Origin: an uncultured virus (IMG/VR IMGVR_UViG_3300032116_000172)
Taxonomy: Duplodnaviria > Heunggongvirae > Uroviricota > Caudoviricetes
DNA: 64,000 nt
IMG/VR virus record: IMGVR_UViG_3300032116_000172
Direction: 5' to 3' (one strand)
Shown here: positions 9,074 through 17,765 of the stretch, in pieces
Position numbering within the stretch: the stretch's first letter is position 1
Layout: every line of letters begins with the position of its first letter
Notes under the pieces: model-generated
Told to the model about the DNA's origin: nothing
The model's database searches: none
Seen by the model: the letters and a program-made list of their open reading frames with translations, nothing else
Program-made: the position numbers and the translations under genes

Positions 9074-9134
9074 GTGTCTTATAGTAGTAAAACGTAGTAG
9101 CAGTGGCAGCACAGTAATGCAGAGTAAATCGACG

Positions 9135-9154
9135 TGTTATACGACCGTATAACA
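9135..9154. promoter_or_regulatory. palindrome copy 4, TGTTATAC-GACC-GTATAACA
   Basis: Perfect inverted arms. Confidence 0.8.
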
Positions 9155-9188
9155 ACTTAACAGCAACACAAACTTATAGGTGATTCAA

Positions 9189-10097
9189 ATGAACATTATG
9201 CAAATGACACTCGCAACTCCCGAAGTACAGTCCGTACCTTCTATCGCATCTAGTGCCATGTTCGTGGAACTCAGTATCTCCACATGGACAGGTCGCAAGC
9301 TAGACAAACGCGCCACCAAAGAAACAACCCAAGCCAACGGCGCGGATGATCGTGCTGGCTCATTCCACAAGAAACTATTGGGTGACTGCGCCGAACTTGA
9401 TGCGATCCACAAGTTCGCTGGCAACGTGCGTACCTTCCACTACCACAGCACGATGCCGTGGTCTGACATGGGTATGCGTCTGCTACCGACAGCAGCGTAC
9501 ATGGACTACCACAACGAGATCACGCGACTAGAGCAGGAGTTTCACCGCTTGGTCGGGGAGTTCTTGACAGCGTACCAGTGGGCACAGACTGAAGCACAGG
9601 TAAAGCTTGGTAACTTGTTCAGCACCGACGACTACCCGCTTGCCGACGTGCTGGCTGGTAAGTTCAAGTTCCGCTACGCCTACCAGATCATTCCAGATGC
9701 TGGCGACTTTCGTCTTAACGTAGCAAACGATGCGGCGACGTACCTGCAACAGCAGTACCAGCAGCACTACACGCAGCAGCTAACTAACGCGATGAACGAC
9801 GTGTGGCAGCGCACGTATGACTCGCTTAAACACATGAGCGAGAAGCTTGACTATCCAGACAAGGATGACAAGTCAACACGTAAGATATTCCGCGACTCGC
9901 TCGTTGATAACGTCAAGGACATGATGAACTTGCTGATCAAGTTCAACATAACCAACGACGCCAAGATGGACAACATGCGTCTGGCTTTGGAAGATGCCAT
10001 GTTCGGTGTATCGCCCGAAGCACTGCGCGAGGACGATGACTTCCGCGCCGAGACTAAGCGCAAGGTCGATGCCGTACTGTCAAACATGAAGTGGTAG
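9189..10097 (+). CDS. DUF3150-like helical protein
   Basis: LSISTWTGRKLD, MPWSDMGMRLLP, F...DYP...KFKF and KIFRDSLV; precedes an AAA/vWA pair as DUF3150 genes typically do. Confidence 0.55.
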   Translation: MNIMQMTLATPEVQSVPSIASSAMFVELSISTWTGRKLDKRATKETTQANGADDRAGSFHKKLLGDCAELDAIHKFAGNVRTFHYHSTMPWSDMGMRLLPTAAYMDYHNEITRLEQEFHRLVGEFLTAYQWAQTEAQVKLGNLFSTDDYPLADVLAGKFKFRYAYQIIPDAGDFRLNVANDAATYLQQQYQQHYTQQLTNAMNDVWQRTYDSLKHMSEKLDYPDKDDKSTRKIFRDSLVDNVKDMMNLLIKFNITNDAKMDNMRLALEDAMFGVSPEALREDDDFRAETKRKVDAVLSNMKW

Positions 10098-10112
10098 TAG
10101 CAAGTGGTGGGT

Positions 10113-10132
10113 TGTTATACGGTGGTATAACA
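10113..10132. promoter_or_regulatory. palindrome copy 5, TGTTATAC-GGTG-GTATAACA (arms extend to 11 bp)
   Basis: GGTTGTTATAC / GTATAACAACC. Confidence 0.8.
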
Positions 10133-10202
10133 ACCTTCGATTCCCGTGGTGTATTTATATTTCTGTAGTTATTAACCCTCAATAACTTTATAGGTGAATA
10201 GC

Positions 10203-11306
10203 ATGACAAACGTAGCCAAGCTTTACGAAGTATCAATCAATCAGTGCGCCAACATGATGCTGGCAAACCGTGGCCGTACTACCCTAGTGCAGGGTCACAT
10301 GGGTTCAGGCAAGTCATCGATCCTGAAACTGTTGGGTAGTCGTCTGCCTAACCATGTCATGGTGTACTTCGACTGCACGACAAAGGACTTGGGTGACATG
10401 GCCCTGCCTGTACTGCAACACGTTGATCGTGATGGGTGTGTGCGGTTCATACCTAACGAAGAACTGGGTATTCACTTGGGCAAGCCTGTGATCGTGATGA
10501 TCGACGAGTACGGCAAAGCTAACCCTTCCGTCAAGAATGCACTGTTGCGCTTCATGTTAGAGCGTGAGTTCGCAGGTCACAAGCTTCATCCTGACAGCGT
10601 AATCTTTGCGACTACTAATCTCGGGGCTGAGGGCGTAGGTGACTTGCTGCCGCCACATGCACGTAACCGCATCACTGTATTGCGTATGCGTAACAGCACG
10701 ACCGAAGAGTGGGTAGAGAACTTTGCTATCCCCAATGGCATTGACCCTGTGATGATTGCGTTCGTACTGGATGATCGGTACAAGCACGACTTGTCTGCTA
10801 AGTTCGACGAGGTGGAAGATCCTAAGACTAACGAGTATATCTACCACCCCAAAGACAAGGGGCGCGAAGCATTTTTTACATGGCGTTCGTGCCATGCGGC
10901 AAGCGATTGGCTGAAGGTACGTGATCAGTTGTCAACACATGAGTTGACCGCAGCGTTGATCGGTACGATAGGCGGCAAGGCTGCTGCTGAGTTGGCTGCG
11001 TTTGTTGCAGTGGGTGATCAGTTGCCAAGCTTGGAATCCATTAAGAAAACACCGCTTACTGCTGAAGTGCCGACAGCTCCAGTGGCTTGCAGTATGGTGG
11101 TCTATCGCACGTTGTCATGTATCGAGCGTAGTTGGATGGATTCATGGATGGACTACCTTGCACGTCTGCCGCGTGAGTTGCAGGTTATGTTCGCCATGCA
11201 GGTACGTAAGAACAGCTACGCCAAGCGTGACGAGGTAATGAGCAATGCCAAGTTCACCAAGTGGTGCTTGGACAATAACTTCATCGCTGTCACTGATAAG
11301 AAATAA
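10203..11306 (+). CDS. MoxR/dynein-related AAA+ ATPase
   Basis: Walker A GHMGSGKS, Walker B VMIDE, sensor ATTN, arginine finger ARNR, sensor II TWRS. Confidence 0.85.
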   Translation: MTNVAKLYEVSINQCANMMLANRGRTTLVQGHMGSGKSSILKLLGSRLPNHVMVYFDCTTKDLGDMALPVLQHVDRDGCVRFIPNEELGIHLGKPVIVMIDEYGKANPSVKNALLRFMLEREFAGHKLHPDSVIFATTNLGAEGVGDLLPPHARNRITVLRMRNSTTEEWVENFAIPNGIDPVMIAFVLDDRYKHDLSAKFDEVEDPKTNEYIYHPKDKGREAFFTWRSCHAASDWLKVRDQLSTHELTAALIGTIGGKAAAELAAFVAVGDQLPSLESIKKTPLTAEVPTAPVACSMVVYRTLSCIERSWMDSWMDYLARLPRELQVMFAMQVRKNSYAKRDEVMSNAKFTKWCLDNNFIAVTDKK

Positions 11307-11316
11307 GGGGATCGAC

Positions 11317-12504
11317 ATGCTAATGATCGGTAAAGAAATTAGTCCGCGTGATCGCGTACTGAAGGGCGTGGCTGCAATCATGGGCAACAATGATTACGAC
11401 GGTATCAATGGCTTGTTAATGATTGGTGACCATACTGTTGTCAGTGCCGGTAACCCGAAGGGTATACGTACTGCTGCAACTAATGGCAAGCATACGTGGT
11501 ATCTGGACGACTTTGTTGCGCAGCTAAACGATGCAGAGTTGCGGTTCCTTATCCTGCATGAGGTATTCCACATACTACTGAAACACCTTAGTACGTATGA
11601 CTACCTGCACAAGCTAGATGCGGATAGGTGCAACCGTGCCTGTGACTACGTGATCAACGGTATGTTGATTGACTACGACGCGGGTAAGGGTTTCATCACT
11701 ATGCCTAAGATGGGGCTGTACGATCCCAAGTACAAAGGCATGGACGCGGATGCTGTGTTCAAGTTGTTAGCCAGTGATGACAATGGTGGCGGCGGTGGTG
11801 GCGGGTCTATCGATGACCATGATTGGGATGGTGCTGAAGAGATGACCGAAGCCGAGCAGGTAGAACTCGAACAGGCTATTGACCAAGCATTGCGTCAGGG
11901 TGCGTTACTCGCAGGTAAGAATGGGTCGGGCGGTGCGCGTCTGATCGAGGACTTGCTTGCGAGTAAGGTGGACTACAAGGCTGCCTTGCGTGAGTGGGTA
12001 TGTGATACGTGCGCAGGTAATGATTACTCGACATGGACTCGCCCCAACCGTAGGTATCTATCGCATAACATGGTAATGCCAAGTGGCGTGTCCGAAGTTG
12101 TCGGTGAACTTGTTATCGGTAACGACATGTCAGGTTCTATCGGTGCGCGTGAGGTGGCACAGATACTGGGCGAGGTGGCAAACATTGCTGACTCTGTTAA
12201 TCCGTCTGGCATTCGTCTGCTGTACTGGGACACGGCTGTGTGCGGTGACGAGTACTACGAGCAAGGGGACTATCAGAACATGTTGCAGTCTACTAAACCT
12301 GTGGGCGGTGGTGGCACTGACGTGCGCTGTGTGTCTGACTACCTGCGTGACAAGGCTATAACTCCGCAAGGTGTAATCATCATTACCGATGGCTACTTGG
12401 GTGGCGATTGGGGTGATTGGTCTGTGCCTACCCTGTGGGTGATAGTGGGCAACCCGCACACGACCGCTCCGTTCGGGCATACCGTGCATGTGGAAATAGA
12501 CTAA
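11317..12504 (+). CDS. metallopeptidase-like (HEXXH) plus vWA domain protein (DUF2201-type)
   Basis: TAATNG, LHEVFH, MIDAS DMSGS...GGGGT...ITDG. Confidence 0.85.
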   Translation: MLMIGKEISPRDRVLKGVAAIMGNNDYDGINGLLMIGDHTVVSAGNPKGIRTAATNGKHTWYLDDFVAQLNDAELRFLILHEVFHILLKHLSTYDYLHKLDADRCNRACDYVINGMLIDYDAGKGFITMPKMGLYDPKYKGMDADAVFKLLASDDNGGGGGGGSIDDHDWDGAEEMTEAEQVELEQAIDQALRQGALLAGKNGSGGARLIEDLLASKVDYKAALREWVCDTCAGNDYSTWTRPNRRYLSHNMVMPSGVSEVVGELVIGNDMSGSIGAREVAQILGEVANIADSVNPSGIRLLYWDTAVCGDEYYEQGDYQNMLQSTKPVGGGGTDVRCVSDYLRDKAITPQGVIIITDGYLGGDWGDWSVPTLWVIVGNPHTTAPFGHTVHVEID

Positions 12505-12505
12505 T

Positions 12506-12525
12506 TGTTATACGGCGGTATAACA
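12506..12525. promoter_or_regulatory. palindrome copy 6, TGTTATAC-GGCG-GTATAACA (arms extend to 11 bp)
   Basis: AATTGTTATAC / GTATAACAATT directly after the vWA stop codon. Confidence 0.8.
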
Positions 12526-12569
12526 ATTTTACAGAACTTAACTGAAACCAGTGACTAGGGAGATACGAC

Positions 12570-12758
12570 ATGAAAACATTAGATGAAATTAAAGAACGCG
12601 CACAAGCTATAGCTGAGATGCACTTTTATGCTGACCTTGATGACAATACACTATGGGAACCGTTCGAGAACTATAACGACGAATGGATAGCAAAAGAAAT
12701 TGAAAACATGGCAGATATGCTCACGCGCAATATGCTTTGGGCGCAAGGGGAGAAATGA
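12570..12758 (+). CDS. hypothetical protein
   Basis: GGGAG RBS; 62 aa. Confidence 0.65.
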   Translation: MKTLDEIKERAQAIAEMHFYADLDDNTLWEPFENYNDEWIAKEIENMADMLTRNMLWAQGEK

Positions 12759-12759
12759 C

Positions 12760-12948
12760 ATGATCGACGATACAAACTTAGCGCAGTGCCAGTACTGCAA
12801 GGTTGTTATTAACTGGGAAGATGTTGAGTACGTAGGTGATCCGTATTGCAGCGATGGTACGGTGACACGATGCGCTGAATGTAACGAAGGCGAGAGCTTT
12901 AATAACTACAAGGGAGACAAGCATGATTCCGCGTTATCGCAAGTATAA
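12760..12948 (+). CDS. small zinc-ribbon protein
   Basis: CQYC...CAEC; GGGAG RBS. Confidence 0.55.
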   Translation: MIDDTNLAQCQYCKVVINWEDVEYVGDPYCSDGTVTRCAECNEGESFNNYKGDKHDSALSQV

Positions 12949-13117
12949 CGTACACCATCGAAGTGTATACGCACGATTGCTTCGCCATTTAAAATTTGTT
13001 CGGGGAGCTAAACATGGACATTGATGATTGGATGATGGTATTTTATATCTGTTGCATAGTAGTGCTGTTCATAATTGGTATTTAATTTAACTACACATAA
13101 CTTTATAGGTGAAAACT

Positions 13118-14047
13118 ATGTCAAGCTATTCGCACATACCCACAGCAGCAATGGGCAAACTCGAAGTGCCGCAGATGGTAGAGGAGGGCATACCACGCGT
13201 CGATGGTATTCCCATGTCGCATTCGCTGCATGAGTTCTGTACTGAACTGCGCAAGAAGTTCCCGAAAGTAAAGTTCCATGCAAATTCGGACTACAACAAA
13301 ATAAACAGAAACACATTGATGGTGTCTGACGTTCTGGTATACACGGACGATTGTGACTATGTGATAGGACGCATAGGCTATGGCAACAGTTACGCTATGG
13401 GTTCTGATGAGTCGGTGTTCATGGTCGAGAGCCGCAAGATACAAAATGAGAAGTACGCCGAGTATCGTGATCAATACTTTCGTGTGTTTACAAAAGATAT
13501 TAACAAGGCACTGAAAAATGCGCAGCGGTATCTGCTACCGTATTCATCTGCCGAGTTACTAACAACAACATACGGTACGTTTAAAAACGCGTTGGAAACT
13601 AGGCGGTATGTCGCAGACCGAGAGTTTGATCAGGCCATTGGTCGCGTTTCTCCGAGCGTCATACTGGGTGCAGAGATAGAAGCGTTATTCAGTAAGGGCG
13701 TGGAGTTCACTACTTCTGACTTCCAGCTACACGTGCAGGAGATTGTCGATAAGTACCGCCGTCGCCAGCAGGTGTTTCGTAAGGATAACCGCTCGTACTT
13801 TATTACTTTGCGCGTATTGGGTGACAATCAGGTAGCGGAGATTGCTACGTGTAAAGACCCTAAAGGTAGTAATCCAAAGCTGCATGACTTCTACGACGAG
13901 CCGAGCAAAACTGTACGCGTGGATAGTTTGCCTGAAGATATTACTGCGAAGATTGCTACGTTGATGTTGGTTGACGTAAGTGAGCATATCGAAGGTGTAG
14001 GTCTACGTGCAAGTACTCGTTCATTCTGGATTGAAAGGGGCGCGTGA
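13118..14047 (+). CDS. hypothetical protein
   Basis: About 309 aa; ACTTTATAGGTGA leader. Confidence 0.75.
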   Translation: MSSYSHIPTAAMGKLEVPQMVEEGIPRVDGIPMSHSLHEFCTELRKKFPKVKFHANSDYNKINRNTLMVSDVLVYTDDCDYVIGRIGYGNSYAMGSDESVFMVESRKIQNEKYAEYRDQYFRVFTKDINKALKNAQRYLLPYSSAELLTTTYGTFKNALETRRYVADREFDQAIGRVSPSVILGAEIEALFSKGVEFTTSDFQLHVQEIVDKYRRRQQVFRKDNRSYFITLRVLGDNQVAEIATCKDPKGSNPKLHDFYDEPSKTVRVDSLPEDITAKIATLMLVDVSEHIEGVGLRASTRSFWIERGA

Positions 14048-14541
14048 TGGAAGAAGTACCGATTGAAGACGTACAAACAAGAGTGCGCAAGACTAATGCA
14101 AACTGGAAACGCAGCACTGCGATGGAGAGGGGCGTGAGAAACGGATCGTTCGACGTGATTAGTTCAATCGAGATCATTGTAACCAATGATTTATTTACGG
14201 ATGATCTTCAGGTTATCCGCACACCATTAGACGTTATAGAAGCGCAAATTACTATGGCACTAGACATACCAACAATAAGACTATTGATTAGTCCTGATGG
14301 ATTGGTAAATACAATGACGTGGCCTATTCAATCTGGTATGGTTACCGAGTGTACGTATGACAGCGTAGACGAACTACCTGAATGGATGAAGTTAAAACTT
14401 GCGACGTTGATGTTACTTGATGCAAACGAGCCTAACAAAAAAGACGTAGTAGGAGTCGGTAGGCGCATCAGTGAAAACGTTTATTGGATATACCTAGATG
14501 GCAGCGACACCGGAAAAGAAAGTGAAGGTCAAAGTACGTAA
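14047..14541 (+). CDS. hypothetical protein sharing a C-terminal domain with the preceding ORF
   Basis: VDELPEWMKLKLATLMLLD...GVGRRIS...YWI. Confidence 0.65.
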   Translation: MEEVPIEDVQTRVRKTNANWKRSTAMERGVRNGSFDVISSIEIIVTNDLFTDDLQVIRTPLDVIEAQITMALDIPTIRLLISPDGLVNTMTWPIQSGMVTECTYDSVDELPEWMKLKLATLMLLDANEPNKKDVVGVGRRISENVYWIYLDGSDTGKESEGQST

Positions 14542-14806
14542 GTGCTTAGACGAGTTAGGCGCATACTATTCTATGCCTGTCACAAGCGGGTATGGGAACT
14601 CAGGTGCGCCTGACTTTCTTGTTTGCTTCAAGGGGCGGTTCATCGGCATTGAGTGTAAAGCCAATGGTGGTAAGCCGACCCCACTACAAGAGAAAAACCT
14701 ACGTGCTATTGAGAAAGCTGGTGGGTGCAGCTACGTGGTAGATGAAACCAACGTGGACTTTTTATTACCAATGTTATACCGCTGTATAACAAATGAGGGG
14801 AAATGA
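14498..14806 (+). CDS. VRR-NUC nuclease / Holliday-junction resolvase
   Basis: TPEKKVK...GAPDF...GRFIGIECKA...PTPLQ. Confidence 0.85.
   Translation: MAATPEKKVKVKVRKCLDELGAYYSMPVTSGYGNSGAPDFLVCFKGRFIGIECKANGGKPTPLQEKNLRAIEKAGGCSYVVDETNVDFLLPMLYRCITNEGK
14772..14791. promoter_or_regulatory. palindrome copy 7, TGTTATAC-CGCT-GTATAACA
   Basis: Inside the 3' end of the VRR-NUC gene, 16 nt before the ATG of the HTH gene. Confidence 0.75.
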
Positions 14807-14807
14807 C

Positions 14808-15221
14808 ATGACTACTATGCGCAGACGTAAGTCAAACAGCAAATCCAAAGCTGCAAAGATTAGGAAGTTACTTGTTCAAGGTGAACTCACGTCAACCGAG
14901 ATCGCCAACAAGGTCAAGGTGTCAGCAAATTATGTATACATTATCAAAGGGCAGATGAAGCAGAAAGGGTTGATTGGCGGTGCGCAAGAAGAAATGTCTC
15001 GCGTTCACCCACCCGCAGACCCTACCGCGATACCAGTGCCTACAAGCAGCGGGAAGCGTGGCCGTCCACCAAAAAGAATCGAGCCAAAACTGGAAGGGTT
15101 ATCGGAGCCGCTACCTGTGTATATACCGGCTGCGAGGCAAAACCCATTTGGTATCGAAGCAACCCCGCCTGTTGGTTTGTGGAACACATTCATTGCTAAG
15201 TTGAGGAAATGGTTAGCATGA
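14808..15221 (+). CDS. HTH plus AT-hook DNA-binding protein
   Basis: LTSTEIANKVKVSANYVYII (HTH-like); KRGRPPKR (AT-hook). Confidence 0.6.
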   Translation: MTTMRRRKSNSKSKAAKIRKLLVQGELTSTEIANKVKVSANYVYIIKGQMKQKGLIGGAQEEMSRVHPPADPTAIPVPTSSGKRGRPPKRIEPKLEGLSEPLPVYIPAARQNPFGIEATPPVGLWNTFIAKLRKWLA

Positions 15222-15394
15222 GGGAAGATTCTATAAAAGTAATGCTGGACAAAGCAGAAAGAAATGACAAGTTGTACAGCAACTGGCAAGCAGCTCGAAT
15301 ACGCAAATACTTAGCGGCGAAGATCGTTGAAGCTAGACGTACCGCAGAAGATATAAAACAACTTAAAGAAGAAAGGAGCAAAGATGTTACGTGA
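15218..15394 (+). CDS. hypothetical protein
   Basis: Coupled ORF, GAGG RBS. Confidence 0.5.
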   Translation: MREDSIKVMLDKAERNDKLYSNWQAARIRKYLAAKIVEARRTAEDIKQLKEERSKDVT

Positions 15395-15608
15395 CGGTAA
15401 ATTCATTAAAGAAGACCCGCCCAAGATAGGCGCACACTACCTACCTACCGCGCAACACAAAGACTTCACCGAGGAAGAATGGCGCACTCAGATGTTGTTG
15501 CTTGGTGATACCGAGCGAAAGGAAGGTTTGATAAGTGACGTAGTCGTTTGGGCAGCGGTGTTCCTTCTCACCGTAAATATACTTTATTTGATTATCAAAG
15601 GTTTCTAA
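15384..15608 (+). CDS. hypothetical protein with a C-terminal TM helix
   Basis: AGGAG RBS; hydrophobic C-terminus. Confidence 0.6.
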   Translation: MLRDGKFIKEDPPKIGAHYLPTAQHKDFTEEEWRTQMLLLGDTERKEGLISDVVVWAAVFLLTVNILYLIIKGF

Positions 15609-15856
15609 TGGCAAACGACAATCTAGCAGAGAAAGATATTTATACGGTGTACGAGCTACGCGGTATTACGTACATACCGCATTACACTGAGCCGTCTCAC
15701 TACGTAGGCCCCGGATATGGAAGTTTGAATTACACCATATACTACGCTACCACGTTATTAGCAGCAGGTGCAGTGCCGAGACAAGAGTACTTGCTGAAAC
15801 GTGCACGTGAATCCGCTAACAAAAAGATGAGGGCTTATGAACGAGCAAAAGCGTAA
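15608..15856 (+). CDS. hypothetical protein
   Basis: TAATG coupling; MANDNLAEK... Confidence 0.55.
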   Translation: MANDNLAEKDIYTVYELRGITYIPHYTEPSHYVGPGYGSLNYTIYYATTLLAAGAVPRQEYLLKRARESANKKMRAYERAKA

Positions 15857-16004
15857 CTACGCATCCGAAGCGCAGCGTCAACTACAGGAGACGCGAGTAC
15901 ATGTACCAGAAGGAATGTATAACGTGTTGGAGCTTTACAAGTACATCGACGAGTTGCACATCCGTATAGGTAGAGAAGGGATGAAGGAGATGGGTGATGA
16001 GTGA
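15837..16004 (+). CDS. hypothetical protein (55 aa)
   Basis: Own translation MNEQKRNYASEAQRQLQE...; GAGG RBS. Confidence 0.45.
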   Translation: MNEQKRNYASEAQRQLQETRVHVPEGMYNVLELYKYIDELHIRIGREGMKEMGDE

Positions 16005-16269
16005 CGCGAGTATGAGTAAGGAAGATCATCGGCACATATTTGGATCAGAAGTGCCAATAATTAACATCGCAAGAGGCATAGCACACGACGTGATACGCAT
16101 GGACTTGGGGGATTGCCAAGTGGACAGACTCGCTCGAATGTCGCTTGAGTTCATTGACGTGTTCGAAGCGGCGCATGACATGGTACATGCCAAGACGGAT
16201 ACAGCCAGCAGACGCGCATACGTTGAGTTGTTTAGGATGGTCAGAGAACTTGAAAGCAAGGTGCGATGA
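15997..16269 (+). CDS. hypothetical protein
   Basis: Coupled ORF. Confidence 0.55.
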   Translation: MSDASMSKEDHRHIFGSEVPIINIARGIAHDVIRMDLGDCQVDRLARMSLEFIDVFEAAHDMVHAKTDTASRRAYVELFRMVRELESKVR

Positions 16270-16370
16270 TGGAAACTTTTACTATGTATTGCTTCATTGG
16301 TGGATTCCTATGCGGTATGGGATTCTGTGTCGCCATAATGGGTGCGTGTATTTATTTTTTAGGGTGACAA

Positions 16371-16574
16371 ATGATAATCGATACGATTGACTACAGAAAA
16401 ATCTTTACGTGGATCAACGACGTGTGGGCGAAATCTTTAGCGGCGGTGGTTATGTTTTTCATCGGGTTATATACAGGGCAAGTACAGACAGAGAGCCGAG
16501 TGATTGGTGACTGCAAGTACGCTGGAGCCTTTCGCGTAGAGCAACAAGCCTTTACATGTCAACGGAGAATTTAA
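16371..16574 (+). CDS. small membrane protein
   Basis: Central TM helix followed by a C...C segment. Confidence 0.55.
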   Translation: MIIDTIDYRKIFTWINDVWAKSLAAVVMFFIGLYTGQVQTESRVIGDCKYAGAFRVEQQAFTCQRRI

Positions 16575-16575
16575 A

Positions 16576-16833
16576 ATGAACAAAACTGAAGCGGAAAAGT
16601 TTGTAGAACAGGTAGATAACTTGTGCGAAAAAGTTGATGGCGTACTGGTGGCAAATAATCCACTTGCTTGTTTACTTGCGCTATCGCGTTTATTAGGTTC
16701 TGGTCTGGCTATTGACATAGTAGGGCATTATCCTAGTTTTGATACTTTAGATAATGCCATGACCCTTATTGATGGGGCTATCCGCGCAGCATATAACGAT
16801 ATGGAACGCGCAAAAAGGGAGGGCATACAGTGA
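16576..16833 (+). CDS. hypothetical protein
   Basis: GGAG RBS; 85 aa. Confidence 0.55.
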   Translation: MNKTEAEKFVEQVDNLCEKVDGVLVANNPLACLLALSRLLGSGLAIDIVGHYPSFDTLDNAMTLIDGAIRAAYNDMERAKREGIQ

Positions 16834-16991
16834 GTGACTTCGTAACACCCGCCGATGTTAATGCGATGAAGACTGAGATCGCAGCTTTGAAGCGTGAGAA
16901 CGAAATACTGTACAAGTGGTTAGCCGAGCAGAAAGCACACGTCGATGAACTGCGTAAGATGATGTTGCAGAACAGAGGGGACGCCAAATGA
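16830..16991 (+). CDS. small coiled-coil protein (53 aa)
   Basis: Own translation MSDFVTPADVNAMKTEIAALKRENE...; GGAGG RBS. Confidence 0.55.
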   Translation: MSDFVTPADVNAMKTEIAALKRENEILYKWLAEQKAHVDELRKMMLQNRGDAK

Positions 16992-17149
16992 AATACGAAG
17001 TCTATGACGAAGAAGGCAAACTCTTCCGCAAGTTTTGGGATCGCACTGAGGCGCAGAAGTTCTTACAAGACGGATGGAAACTTGTAACTAAAGCCAAAGA
17101 GAAAGAAGTTAAGCCAACACCTGAGACGCATGGCGAGGCGCTGATATGA
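16988..17149 (+). CDS. hypothetical protein (53 aa)
   Basis: Own translation MKYEVYDEEGKLFRKFWD...; ATGA overlaps at both ends. Confidence 0.55.
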   Translation: MKYEVYDEEGKLFRKFWDRTEAQKFLQDGWKLVTKAKEKEVKPTPETHGEALI

Positions 17150-17523
17150 ATAAAGATGACATTATCCGCATGGCGCATGAGGCCGGGCTAACCCGCAAAT
17201 ATAGAGAAACCGATTTAGATGTTGTGGCACATAGTTTTACGCAAATTGAACGATTTGCCGCCCTAGTCGCAGCAGCAGAGCGCGAGAAGGTAGCTCAATG
17301 GATGATGCAACGCGGGTACGCCACTGGTCACGGCGACACGACAGAGGACTTGCTGGCTGAACTGGATTGGCAGATTGTTGAGAACTGGACGCGGGCAATG
17401 GTCAAGGGAGTGGAAACAGAGCGCGAGGCTTGTGCGAAGGTGTGTGATGCGCTTGGCGATGAATACGCCGATGCAAACCCTGCTGACTGCGCCGCCGCTA
17501 TCCGCGCAAGGGGGCAGGAATGA
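17146..17523 (+). CDS. hypothetical protein (EREACAK...AIRARG family)
   Basis: Coupled ORF; motif shared with the next ORF. Confidence 0.65.
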   Translation: MNKDDIIRMAHEAGLTRKYRETDLDVVAHSFTQIERFAALVAAAEREKVAQWMMQRGYATGHGDTTEDLLAELDWQIVENWTRAMVKGVETEREACAKVCDALGDEYADANPADCAAAIRARGQE

Positions 17524-17765
17524 ATGACGAACAAAAGCGTGAAGCTGCCACTGATCTAAGCGCGAATGTATTGTGGCTCATCGAGCAAGTGTTGGTAAAA
17601 CATAACATTGCCATTATCGAGGCATCAAAGGAAGCAATTGATGATGCAGTGGCAAAGGAACGAGAGGAATGCGCAAAGATTGTTGACAAATGGTTTAACA
17701 GTATGTCCAGCGAACCAGAAATGGCAGAGATCGCGGCAGAGATAAGAGCAAGGGGTGCGCCATGA
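17520..17765 (+). CDS. hypothetical protein (EREECAK...EIRARG family)
   Basis: Paralogous C-terminus. Confidence 0.65.
   Translation: MNDEQKREAATDLSANVLWLIEQVLVKHNIAIIEASKEAIDDAVAKEREECAKIVDKWFNSMSSEPEMAEIAAEIRARGAP

Noticed and set aside
12932..12950. Eighth palindrome copy CGTTATCGCAAGTATAACG
   Set aside because: One base short with altered outer bases; may be degenerate or chance, so not counted
6968..14791. Palindromes as lox/dif-type recombination sites or terminators
   Set aside because: The 4-bp core is shorter than typical 6-8-bp tyrosine-recombinase overlaps and no recombinase gene was seen; stems are AT-rich and mostly lack U tails
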